Shown in pieces: positions 8,356 to 16,470 of a stretch of DNA of 64,000 bases. Made by a program: the position numbers and the translations under genes. Under the pieces are notes generated by a model that saw nothing but the letters and a program-made list of their open reading frames with translations, ran no database searches and had not been told where the DNA came from. Positions within the stretch are counted from its first letter, which is position 1, and every line of letters begins with the position of its first letter. Source of the stretch: a virus; IMG/VR virus record IMGVR_UViG_3300045988_061913, positions 1-64,000 of that record; one strand, given 5' to 3'.

Positions 8356-9536
8356 ACAAAGTTTGGATGTGTTCTGGGTCTACATATACCCAGGTAAGCT
8401 CAGGCTATAGCATTGAGCAGTCTCTCCCAGTTGGAATCTACAGTATTTGTCTGACAATGACAGGTTATCACCTAGACAGATATGCGGATAAGTTTGTATT
8501 CCCGTACAAAATGTATGGTTTGCAGAACGAGTTTATTGACCATGTAATTAAGACGTATCACGCTACAGAAGGCAATCTCGGAATTATGCTTACTGGTACA
8601 AAGGGCACTGGAAAGACTGTTACTGCTAAGGAACTGGCTAACAAGCTAAATCTGCCCATCATTATCGTAAAGGATATGGGAGACCATAATCAATCTATGA
8701 TTGAGTTCCTTTCTGGTATTGAAGGAGATTGCATTCTGTTCTTGGATGAATTTGAAAAGAATTTCAGTGAATCGGATTCTACTATCTTGCAAATCATGGA
8801 CGGTGTTTACAACTCTAAGTATCGCAGGGTTTTCCTGCTTACTACTAATGCTATGACCATCAATGAGAATATGGTAGGACGTCCGTCTAGAATCCGTTAT
8901 GTCAAGGAATTTGGCAACTTGGATTTGAAGGTTGTGAACGAATATCTGGACGACGCACTTCAAGTGCCGGAAGCTCGTCAAGATTTGCTTGATTTCATTG
9001 ATTCTTTGACTATATCTACTATTGATATTCTCAAAACTATAGTTAATGAGGTCAATATTCACGGTATAGAAGGATTGAGAAGAGCTAAGAGCTTCTTCAA
9101 TGTAGTAACTAATGAGTATGACTATTCCTGCGTCAGAGGTTATGCATATGCTTATGAGATTTCTGCCGATAAGAGTAAATTCTCTATTGAGGAGTTCTCT
9201 AAAGCTGTTGAGAGATTCAACAATCCGATACCGAAGCCTATTGTAGACGATGAGGATAACTGCACTGTTGAGGAAAGAAAAGCTCTTAACGAGTATTATG
9301 AATATCGTCGCCACAATTTCCACAGTCTGTCATATTTCTATGTATCCTCGGATATTAAGTTCGCAAATCTGTCAGTTGGAGACGACTTCTATGATGAGGA
9401 AATCATTGCGATTGACAAAAAGTTGGGAATCGTAGTTACTAAGGAAAATAATGAGGTTAACTACTACTGGGTTAAAGATCCAAATAGTAAACCGTCTCTG
9501 TATCGTAGAGGTACTTACAACTCTTTGGTACTATAA
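8352..9536 (+). CDS. AAA+ family ATPase of unknown function (394 aa)
   Basis: Walker A GTKGTGKT and Walker B ILFLDEFE, with a sensor-like NAM-T region; embedded in the tRNA island. Confidence 0.65.
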   Translation: MNKVWMCSGSTYTQVSSGYSIEQSLPVGIYSICLTMTGYHLDRYADKFVFPYKMYGLQNEFIDHVIKTYHATEGNLGIMLTGTKGTGKTVTAKELANKLNLPIIIVKDMGDHNQSMIEFLSGIEGDCILFLDEFEKNFSESDSTILQIMDGVYNSKYRRVFLLTTNAMTINENMVGRPSRIRYVKEFGNLDLKVVNEYLDDALQVPEARQDLLDFIDSLTISTIDILKTIVNEVNIHGIEGLRRAKSFFNVVTNEYDYSCVRGYAYAYEISADKSKFSIEEFSKAVERFNNPIPKPIVDDEDNCTVEERKALNEYYEYRRHNFHSLSYFYVSSDIKFANLSVGDDFYDEEIIAIDKKLGIVVTKENNEVNYYWVKDPNSKPSLYRRGTYNSLVL

Positions 9537-9541
9537 AACTT

Positions 9542-9561
9542 GGGGAGCTAGTCTCCCCTTT
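9542..9561 (+). terminator. Rho-independent terminator-like hairpin GGGGA-GCTAGTC-TCCCC followed by TTTAT
   Basis: GC-rich 5-bp stem plus a U-tract directly after the AAA ATPase stop and before tRNA-Cys. Confidence 0.55.
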
Positions 9562-9563
9562 AT

Positions 9564-9637
9564 GTCTAGATGCCCGAGCGGTCTAAGGGAACGGTCTGCA
9601 AAACCGTGTTTCGTGGGTTCGAATCCCACTCTAGATT
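9564..9637 (+). tRNA. tRNA-Cys(GCA)
   Basis: D-arm CCC-GAGCGGTCTAA-GGG, anticodon arm ACGGT-CTGCAAA-ACCGT, T-arm GTGGG-TTCGAAT-CCCAC and palindromic acceptor TCTAGA. Confidence 0.65.
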
Positions 9638-9793
9638 CTACACTAATCTTATTGCTTATGGATTGAGAAGAGAACTTTCTAAAAGAAAGTGGATTTCGAG
9701 AGCTAAAAAGGTTTACAACGCTTGCGGTAAATTTTACGTACCTGTTGCCGGGATTAAAGCCAATGTAAGGTATAATGTTCCTATAATAAGGCG

Positions 9794-10096
9794 TTGAAGG
9801 TCTGTGAGTCAATTACGGATTTCCTTGATAGTTCTAAATACGCAAAGATGCTTAAGAATTGTACTTCTCCTTATAGAAGCAGAATGATGCAATATGAATA
9901 CAAGAAAGAGAATAGAAAGGACAGATATAAAGCAAAAAGAGATATTCAAGAAGGTATTCAAGAATATGAATCTAGGGACAATCTTTCGTGTTCATCCTGC
10001 ATTTTCTATGATAAAGGCTTTTGCGAAAAGGGATTATTAATGACTGCCCAGAATATTGGGATTAAAGTATGGACAAGTATATTAATGGAAGTTTAG
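9794..10096 (+). CDS. Hypothetical protein (100 aa)
   Basis: ORF in the track. Confidence 0.4.
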   Translation: MKVCESITDFLDSSKYAKMLKNCTSPYRSRMMQYEYKKENRKDRYKAKRDIQEGIQEYESRDNLSCSSCIFYDKGFCEKGLLMTAQNIGIKVWTSILMEV

Positions 10097-10136
10097 TAAA
10101 GAGAGTTTTAGTTTTTAAAACTAGAAAGCATCCTGA

Positions 10137-10349
10137 TTGGGTACATTATGTGAACGATTCTTGTTTTGGAAAATACATCGAGACCCATGTTTTGGAACTT
10201 ATACGGAAGAAAAAATGATTTCATCTTTAGAGAAAAGATATGCCTTCTACAAGGATGGAATAGTATATCAGAAACCTCATATCATTTTAGAGTTCTCTAA
10301 AAGACATGATGAATCTATCTATTTTGATAGTGACGGAGGGATGGTTTGA
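10137..10349 (+). CDS. Hypothetical protein (70 aa)
   Basis: ORF in the track. Confidence 0.3.
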   Translation: MGTLCERFLFWKIHRDPCFGTYTEEKMISSLEKRYAFYKDGIVYQKPHIILEFSKRHDESIYFDSDGGMV

Positions 10350-10516
10350 GTCCTTCATGGAAGAATTTGGAAAACCGTTTATTTACATAGACTAATACCT
10401 TTATCCCAGTTTAGAGCTTAGCTCAAATAGTGAATAATAGTAGCTATTGGTTAAAACGAGGTGGAGTGCCAGACGAAAGACTGGAATTAACATAGTTTAA
10501 CTTTGAATCTCCGACT

Positions 10517-10861
10517 ATGCGGAGTATTATTATGGCAGAATTGATTTTCTTAGCTAATGGAAAATGCGACTTGAAGTTCCACGCTCATCCCAAGAATTTC
10601 AAAAGGGTTGAGAAGTTCAACTGCAAAAAGAACTTTTTCAAGGTTTACGTTGACCGAAACGACAGCGTTTACGAGATAACTCGCTGCGAGGTGGTTACAT
10701 GGAAAACCATAGAGAAAGGCAAGAAGAAATTTAACGTCCCTGACGAGGTGAAAGAAACTCGTGATGCTCACTTGTTTGACAAAATCAAGGGGAATCCGTT
10801 CAAAATCGCTATTACTAAGGTAGCTGGCGAGATTGATATGCAGGAGCTGTTATCTGAGTAA
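10517..10861 (+). CDS. Hypothetical protein (114 aa)
   Basis: ORF in the track, followed by the hairpin GGAGAGT...ACTCTCC at about 10870-10891. Confidence 0.45.
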   Translation: MRSIIMAELIFLANGKCDLKFHAHPKNFKRVEKFNCKKNFFKVYVDRNDSVYEITRCEVVTWKTIEKGKKKFNVPDEVKETRDAHLFDKIKGNPFKIAITKVAGEIDMQELLSE

Positions 10862-10896
10862 TTCGTTTAGGAGAGTATCGTAAAACTCTCCATTAT

Positions 10897-10971
10897 GCAG
10901 GTGTGGTGTTAATGGATTGAGCACGCCAGACTTCCAATCTGGAGGGGAGAGTTCGAGTCTCTCTACCTGCA
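10897..10971 (+). tRNA. tRNA-Gly(TCC)
   Basis: Acceptor GCAGGTG/TACCTGC, anticodon arm CCAGA-CTTCCAA-TCTGG and T-arm GAGAG-TTCGAGT-CTCTC. Confidence 0.7.
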
Positions 10972-10976
10972 CATTT

Positions 10977-11048
10977 GTGGGTATAGCACAATGGTTAGTG
11001 CATCGGCTTGCCATGCCGAGGATGTGAGTTCGATTCTCATTATCCACT
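10977..11048 (+). tRNA. tRNA-Gly(GCC)
   Basis: Acceptor GTGGGTA/TATCCAC, anticodon arm TCGGC-TTGCCAT-GCCGA and T-arm GTGAG-TTCGATT-CTCAT. Confidence 0.7.
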
Positions 11049-11052
11049 CTTT

Positions 11053-11127
11053 TCCGATTTAGCTCAGTATGGTAGAGCGCCCATACCAATAAAGCATTAG
11101 TGGGAGGTTCAAATCCTTTAATCGGAA
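11053..11127 (+). tRNA. tRNA-like with an aberrant anticodon arm (possible pseudo-tRNA or expanded anticodon loop)
   Basis: Acceptor TCCGATT/AATCGGA, D-arm GCTC-AGTATGGTA-GAGC and T-loop TTCAAAT are canonical. The anticodon region CCCATACCAATAAAGCATTAGTGGG does not fold as a 5-bp stem with a 7-nt loop. Confidence 0.35.
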
Positions 11128-11205
11128 CGACGCTCCACAGCAGTTACAAGTTGTAACTGGTCTTATCTCCGAATAGCTAGTCTTACGGGGTGGAGAAGTA
11201 GTCAC

Positions 11206-11273
11206 CTCGGTGTACCAGAGTGGCTCAGACTGCAAATCTGCTGATTCGTCAGTTCGAATCTGACCACCGAGTC
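11206..11273 (+). tRNA. tRNA-like (GCA anticodon-like) with a reduced D-arm
   Basis: Acceptor CTCGGTG/CACCGAG, T-arm GTCAG-TTCGAAT-CTGAC and loop CTGCAAA are present, but the D-arm region is only ~10 nt. The perfect palindrome CAGTTACAAGTTGTAACTG lies upstream at about 11144-11162. Confidence 0.3.
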
Positions 11274-11427
11274 TCGACGTGCAAGTCTTTTAACTACAAA
11301 TAGTTAACGTGTCTGGTTACGTTATCACCCAGTCGTCACCTACGGTTAGAAGGCGTCCCTTATCGTGAAAGGCATCCCTGAGTAGCGGATGTAAATTAGC
11401 TACTAATATCGTGGAGTAGAGAAGTTG

Positions 11428-11507
11428 GTCATCTCGCTAGGCTCATAACCTAGAAATCGTCATAAACGGTTCGAATCCTACCTCCGCAACTAAACTCCTT
11501 TTGTGGC
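11428..11507 (+). tRNA. tRNA-like with a CAT anticodon arm (CTAGG-CTCATAA-CCTAG); the 3-prime half does not pair cleanly
   Basis: Canonical D-arm GAGA-AGTTGGTCA-TCTC and anticodon arm are present. A T-loop TTCGAAT is present, but the acceptor 3-prime strand fits poorly. Confidence 0.35.
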
Positions 11508-11731
11508 TCTGTTATTAGATTAATTATTAACAATTTTAAACTTTAATGTTATGAAGAAAGTAATTAATGTTGTAAAGAAAGCTGCTAAATGGTATTTTGA
11601 ACAGAGTTCTAAGAACTACACTTGGTTAGTGTCGGGAACAATACTTCCTCCATATAGAGGACAAGAGTAAAAATATCATTAAAAGGTAAGTACCAATGGG
11701 GTACTTACAGATGTCTGGGAGGAAATAATAT

Positions 11732-11816
11732 GTATGGTTAGCCAAGTGGCCGACGGCAGCGGGCTGTTAACCCGTCGTGAGAAATCCCATCGCAGGTTCG
11801 AATCCTGCACCATACG
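11732..11816 (+). tRNA. tRNA with a long variable region; anticodon tentatively GTT (Asn-like)
   Basis: Acceptor GTATGGT/ACCATAC, D-arm GCC-AAGTGGCCGAC-GGC, T-arm GCAGG-TTCGAAT-CCTGC and anticodon loop CTGTTAA. The ~16-nt variable region is unusual for Asn. Confidence 0.5.
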
Positions 11817-12308
11817 CCTTTTTGCTGAACCCTCCTTAGTTTTTAACTAAGCAATCCAGCAAACTCTAGACCGATGTGAGTCGTCTAGACGGTAGCTAGC
11901 ACTGTAGTACGCAATGGTGGAATAGAAACGGCTAGCATCCACCAACTTTTAATTAATTAGATATGATAGTACAACCTATTGGAAAGTTTAAACTTACTTA
12001 TGCAAATGGTATAAGTCAAGTTAAGCTGTTAATAACTCAGGAAGACTAAAAGTCTATTGTCAAACCTATATTAGATAATATAGCTGAGTTAGAGGCACAG
12101 CGAAGTGGGATTAATAAAAAGAGTAAAAGGTATAAGGAAATTTCGGAAAAACTTAGAGAACTGAAAAAACCTATATCGGAACTTGGAGAGTTTTTCACAA
12201 GCACGTCTCCTCTTGGATTAGCACTATGGAGTAGTCGCTTCCCAAACTTGATACTTCCGCCTCAACAAGGCGGTGGACATTTTGTTAGATTTGAAAAATT
12301 AGATTTGT

Positions 12309-12497
12309 ATGAAAATAAGGAAGGTTAACTCCACTATCAAAAGACGAGTTCTTAGGGAAGTGTCTAGAGAGTGCAGAAAGAGGAATATGATGGACAAGAA
12401 AGGTGAAATTCCAAATGATATTAAAGACATATGGGAAGCGATTAAAGTATTAACAAAGAGAAATAAACAATTTGCTGTTAGATATGCATCAATGTGA
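12309..12497 (+). CDS. Hypothetical basic protein (62 aa)
   Basis: ORF in the track. Confidence 0.35.
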   Translation: MKIRKVNSTIKRRVLREVSRECRKRNMMDKKGEIPNDIKDIWEAIKVLTKRNKQFAVRYASM

Positions 12498-12999
12498 TTA
12501 TTGTTGTTGGTATAATCCTGCCAGTGGGTGCTTGTCCATACGTAATGAGACGGAAAGCGTGTGAGAAGGCTCGTAAACAGAAAGAAGAAAAGCCTAGAAA
12601 GTTATAGCATATTTACTAAGCCTAAACTATCTAATCCTGTATCATGGGAGGATATGAAAGAATTTAATACCCATATGAAGGAAGTAGTTAGAGACTATAA
12701 GATTAGGCAAGCTAGAGAAAGTAATTATTAAGTAAATACTAACCTGGCAAGGTAAAAATCCAGTCGGGGTCTGTTAGCATTTATGCTAATAAGTCGAAGC
12801 CAGTCCCTGCGTAGTTATAATAGGCAAGCTGAACTTGAGAATTGTTAAACGGATGGTTGCCGTTAAAAGATATATAGTTACAAACTTATGTATCCAGAAT
12901 ATAACTAATTAAAGACTTATCTGGTGATGTTAGGTTATGGAATCCTAACAGTGGAAATTTATGAGTTATGTCACCAATTAAAAAGAAAATCTCAAACAT

Positions 13000-13072
13000 G
13001 GGCCGTTAGCTCAAATGGCTAGAGCGCTGGTTTTGCACACCGGAAGATAGGGTTCGAGTCCCTGCGTGTCCA
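13000..13072 (+). tRNA. tRNA-Ala(TGC)-like; acceptor stem pairing is poor
   Basis: D-arm GCTC-AAATGGCTA-GAGC, anticodon arm CTGGT-TTTGCAC-ACCGG and T-arm TAGGG-TTCGAGT-CCCTG are canonical. The 5-prime acceptor GGGCCGT does not pair well with the 3-prime acceptor CGTGTCC. Confidence 0.4.
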
Positions 13073-13274
13073 CAACAAAATTAAATAATTATGAAAGTAT
13101 ACGTAGTGAACCATCATCCAGCTAATGCGCCTCAGAACTATAAAACTGAGTGTCAGATATTTCTGGATAAAAAGGAAGCCGAAGGCTATAAGAAAGCCAA
13201 GGAAGAAGAATATCCCATACGTTGGGGAGGTGAATACAATCATTGTGAAATATTTAAAAAGCATTTGTAATATC

Positions 13275-13345
13275 GCGGGGTGTTAGCAGAGGTAGCTAGT
13301 CAGGCTCATAACCTGAAGGTCGGGGGTTCGAGTCCCTCTCCCGCT
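13275..13345 (+). tRNA. tRNA-Met/Ile2(CAT), second copy
   Basis: D-arm TAGC-AGAGGTA-GCTA, anticodon arm TCAGG-CTCATAA-CCTGA and T-arm GGGGG-TTCGAGT-CCCTC; acceptor GCGGGGT/CTCCCGC has one mismatch. Confidence 0.55.
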
Positions 13346-13350
13346 ACTAG

Positions 13351-13363
13351 TAATTAATTAGAT
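13351..13363 (+). promoter_or_regulatory. Conserved TAATTAATTAGAT motif (also at 1334-1346 and 11950-11962) just upstream of start codons
   Basis: An identical 13-mer occurs three times, each within ~25 nt upstream of an ATG and twice directly after a tRNA 3-prime end. Confidence 0.4.
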
Positions 13364-13379
13364 ACTTAATTTTTAGATT

Positions 13380-13805
13380 ATGAATTACAAAAATCTTACT
13401 AAAGAAACTCTCCCCGTAGAGTTTCAAAACAGAATCGAACGATTTAATCGTCTATTCTCAGCTGCAACCGACCATTCCTTTGAAGAGGATGACTTGTTTG
13501 AGTATGAAATGTTATGTATAAAGCAGGCTCTTTCATTCTCGGAATTTTTCCAAGATTTCGGTGATGAACAGTATCAAGACTTCTTGAAGCAATATGAGAG
13601 CTTATACGACTTAGTTGATGCTATTAAGGACAAACTTCAGTTCTTTGATAACGGACATACTGGAAACTCTATGAGCATGAGTTGGCTTTTATTCCGAACT
13701 TATCGAGAAAGACCGGAATTAGTTCCGTATATGCACGGATGCTTGGCTCAGCTCGTTGGGGATGAAGGCTATTATGATGACCGTTCAGATGTTCCAGAAC
13801 TATGA
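13380..13805 (+). CDS. Hypothetical acidic protein (141 aa)
   Basis: ORF in the track. Confidence 0.5.
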   Translation: MNYKNLTKETLPVEFQNRIERFNRLFSAATDHSFEEDDLFEYEMLCIKQALSFSEFFQDFGDEQYQDFLKQYESLYDLVDAIKDKLQFFDNGHTGNSMSMSWLLFRTYRERPELVPYMHGCLAQLVGDEGYYDDRSDVPEL

Positions 13806-14098
13806 GCGTAATACAACAGGTCTACTTAGCTGAATCAGGCAGTTCTATTTACATAAAGGGAATTAAACCTGATAAAGAGAATGAATATTCTGGTGAGATT
13901 ACTCTAAACGGTAATCCCACTAGATTAGAGAGAAAAGAACGTTACCATATAAGTAACGGTATGCTTGTTACAGATAGTTATCATATCCCTATGGAGTTCA
14001 TTATTAGCTTCTTGCAGGCTAACGGATGTGTTCAAGAAGGAGAAGATGGCAAGTCGTATGTTGTTTTAAGAGAAGTAGAATTTAAATTGAATAACTAA
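13802..14098 (+). CDS. Hypothetical protein (98 aa)
   Basis: ORF in the track, with an ATGA overlap with the previous gene. Confidence 0.45.
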   Translation: MSVIQQVYLAESGSSIYIKGIKPDKENEYSGEITLNGNPTRLERKERYHISNGMLVTDSYHIPMEFIISFLQANGCVQEGEDGKSYVVLREVEFKLNN

Positions 14099-14122
14099 TG
14101 TTATCAGTATTATATAGCGAAT

Positions 14123-14245
14123 ATGAGCTGTCCTAATTGTGGGTGCGATTCCGTTATAAGTAGTGGAGTTTCTGGAGGAGGTCTAACATCTGGAACTTGT
14201 AGACATTGCAAGTTAAAATTTGAAGCGAAAATCCAATGGGAATAG
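14123..14245 (+). CDS. Small zinc-ribbon-like protein (40 aa; CPNCGC...CRHC)
   Basis: ATG at 14123 and in-frame TAG at 14243-14245. There are two CxxC pairs. It is below the ORF-track length cutoff. Confidence 0.3.
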   Translation: MSCPNCGCDSVISSGVSGGGLTSGTCRHCKLKFEAKIQWE

Positions 14246-14556
14246 TCAAATATGGCTGCCATCCAGAAAATCCCTCAGACCCGAAATCTAAATGGGTTAT
14301 GGAAAGCGCAATCAGAATTGAACATCCTAGAAAAGGTATTCCTGCATGGAATTGGGAACCAGTTGACGAACGTCCAGAAGAAGGAGAATATTGGAACTCT
14401 CGTGGTCCTGGCTATCCAGATGTTTCTGGCTTTGTAAAGACCAAAGCTGCTGGTGAGCGTATTCTAGCTATGGTGCATGAAGTGTTAGGAACTGACAAGT
14501 GTAAGACTTATCTAGATTTCAGACCAAGTGAACCAACGTGGATTCAAATTTCATAA
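14236..14556 (+). CDS. Hypothetical protein (106 aa)
   Basis: ORF in the track. Confidence 0.45.
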   Translation: MGIVKYGCHPENPSDPKSKWVMESAIRIEHPRKGIPAWNWEPVDERPEEGEYWNSRGPGYPDVSGFVKTKAAGERILAMVHEVLGTDKCKTYLDFRPSEPTWIQIS

Positions 14557-14639
14557 AGACGAGTTTGATATAGAGAAACTAGATTCTCTTACTCGTGATA
14601 GTGGAATAATTACTAAAGACATAATCAAACAATGTATTT

Positions 14640-14891
14640 ATGGCAAAAGTAGTAAATAGGGCCTCTGATATAATCCAACTTAAAGACCTAAAGGATGGGG
14701 AATTTGCAGAAGTAATAGAATGGTTTGAGGATGGAACAGTATCTAACGGAGATATAATTCAAAGATGTGGACTTGCACTATTTATATTAGGAAGTTGTTC
14801 TTACTATCCTGAGATATTTAGTAAGGGTGCTAGAGACTATACTAATACTAAGTTACGAACACTACCTGAGGGTACAACTATAATGTTATAA
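14640..14891 (+). CDS. Hypothetical protein (83 aa)
   Basis: ORF in the track. Confidence 0.4.
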   Translation: MAKVVNRASDIIQLKDLKDGEFAEVIEWFEDGTVSNGDIIQRCGLALFILGSCSYYPEIFSKGARDYTNTKLRTLPEGTTIML

Positions 14892-15455
14892 TTTCTTTTT
14901 CCAGTTTTCTAATTAAAGATAAACTGGGTATGGGCCTACTTGGATTTGACAGGCGATTACAAATTATAAGGACGTGTAGAGCGCAATCTCTTTAAACGAA
15001 GAAAAAACAATAAATGCTACTTATAGCGAAGTAAGAATGGCAGCCTAAGCTGCTGGCTTGTTGGTAGACACTATTAACTAAGTCGGGTTACGGGAGAGAC
15101 CTAGAAACAGAAGAGGTTGAGTATATTGATATAATGGAGAGCTAGGCTCTAATCCTAGTAATATGCTCTTAATCAGAACACTCTAAGAGTTAGTAAGACT
15201 GAATCTCCTATGTCATAAAACAGATGGAAGATGTGAGATGTGACGAATCTCTAAAGTATCATCCCGTTCTCCAACGTAAATGGAGTGGTGGAACGTTGAC
15301 TTCGGTCAGCCCTATAGTTTGGTAGCTTGTAGATAAGCATCTAGAGAAATACTTAGTATGGACTCTTGTAAGACTTATAAAACTACCTAAATGCTAGAAC
15401 TCCCTAGCTGATATAATAAAAATGAGACGCACGTTATCCTTGTAACGAGGGTTGT

Positions 15456-15486
15456 TTGGACACGGGTTCGACTCCCGTTAGGTCCA
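15456..15486 (+). other. Isolated tRNA 3-prime-half-like fragment (T-arm ACGGG-TTCGACT-CCCGT plus acceptor strand TAGGTCC-A) at the end of a ~560 nt noncoding tract
   Basis: Canonical T-arm and 3-prime acceptor resembling the 3-prime end of the tRNA-Met at 7266-7340. No matching 5-prime half lies immediately upstream. Confidence 0.4.
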
Positions 15487-15492
15487 CATAAT

Positions 15493-15566
15493 AGGGCTAT
15501 AGCTCAACTGGTTAGAGCACCACACTGATAATGTGGAGGTTATCAGTTCAAGTCTGATTAGCCCTA
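15493..15566 (+). tRNA. tRNA-Ile(GAT)
   Basis: Acceptor AGGGCTA/TAGCCCT, D-arm GCTC-AACTGGTTA-GAGC, anticodon arm CCACA-CTGATAA-TGTGG and T-arm ATCAG-TTCAAGT-CTGAT. Confidence 0.7.
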
Positions 15567-15703
15567 CAAAACCGCCAGCTCACGCGGTATATAAGAAAGG
15601 ATTGCCGGACTCGCAGGTGTAACGAGATAAATACCTGCATTTTCGAGGCTGTGGTGTAATGGCTTGCATATCACACTGTCATTAAAATTAATTAAACTTA
15701 TCT

Positions 15704-16249
15704 GTGAATCGAGAACAATCTCTTAAATTGTATTATGAGAATCCTAACCACTGTAAGGAATGTGGTAATGTAATCGAAGTACTAGATAATCAGAGGGTCG
15801 CAGATGTGAGGAAGAAACAGTTTTGTAGTCATTCGTGTGCTGCTTCTTACAATAATAGAGGTAGGATAAAGCACGATGAAAACAAGATATGTCCTAGATG
15901 TGGTAAGCATAAAGATTCAGAAATTTGTCGTAGTTGCTGGGAAGAACTTAATGGAATTGGTAACAAAACATTAGGTTATTATACATCTGGGCAGAAGTAC
16001 TTATCATCTAAATGTCAAGAAATAAGGACTAATGCTCGTAGAGTATTAGAAAGTTCCGAACGTGAGAAAGTATGTCAATATTGTCATAATCATGAATTTG
16101 ATGCAATACTTGAAGTACATCATCTTAAAGGAATATTAGAATTTGACGAAGGCACTCTTATTAAAGAGATTAACAATGAGAATAATTTAGTATGGTTATG
16201 TCCGAATCACCATATTATGTTAGAGAAGGGTTTAATTAGTCTGGAGTAA
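15704..16249 (+). CDS. HNH homing endonuclease with an N-terminal Cys-rich zinc-finger region (GTG start)
   Basis: CxxC...CxxC clusters, then the HNH core EVHHLKG...NLVWLCPNHH. It is free-standing between tRNA genes. Confidence 0.7.
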   Translation: MNREQSLKLYYENPNHCKECGNVIEVLDNQRVADVRKKQFCSHSCAASYNNRGRIKHDENKICPRCGKHKDSEICRSCWEELNGIGNKTLGYYTSGQKYLSSKCQEIRTNARRVLESSEREKVCQYCHNHEFDAILEVHHLKGILEFDEGTLIKEINNENNLVWLCPNHHIMLEKGLISLE

Positions 16250-16260
16250 TCCAGTTACAC

Positions 16261-16332
16261 CGAGGGTTAGTTCAGTGGTAGAATAGTGCACTGTCTATGC
16301 GAAGGTCACCAGTTCAAGTCTGGTACTCTCGG
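16261..16332 (+). tRNA. tRNA-Asp(GTC)
   Basis: Acceptor CGAGGGT/ACTCTCG, D-arm GTTC-AGTGGTA-GAAT, anticodon loop CTGTCTA and T-arm ACCAG-TTCAAGT-CTGGT. Confidence 0.55.
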
Positions 16333-16370
16333 CACTGTGAAGGTTGGGGTCCCCCAGTCTCGGCATTTAT

Positions 16371-16443
16371 TCCCCTGTAGTTTAGTTGGTTAGAACACGT
16401 GATTTGTAATCTCGAGACCTCGGTTCGAATCCGAGTGGGGGAT
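16371..16443 (+). tRNA. tRNA-Thr(TGT)
   Basis: Acceptor TCCCCTG/TGGGGGA, D-arm GTTT-AGTTGGTTA-GAAC, anticodon loop TTTGTAA and T-arm CTCGG-TTCGAAT-CCGAG. Confidence 0.6.
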
Positions 16444-16470
16444 CTTAACCATTAAATCAGATTAATTTTT

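Noticed and set aside
12056-12308. An ~85-codon open frame (…GGGHFVRFEKLDLYENKEG) with no ATG/GTG/TTG initiator
   Set aside because: It cannot be supported as a gene without a start codon or a recognisable motif. It is possibly a remnant or a frameshifted extension of neighbouring small ORFs.
15456-15486. Integrase-associated attP at the orphan tRNA 3-prime fragment
   Set aside because: No tyrosine or serine integrase, excisionase or repressor gene is present anywhere in the 64 kb, and the gene content looks strictly lytic. It is retained only as a low-weight alternative within the finding.
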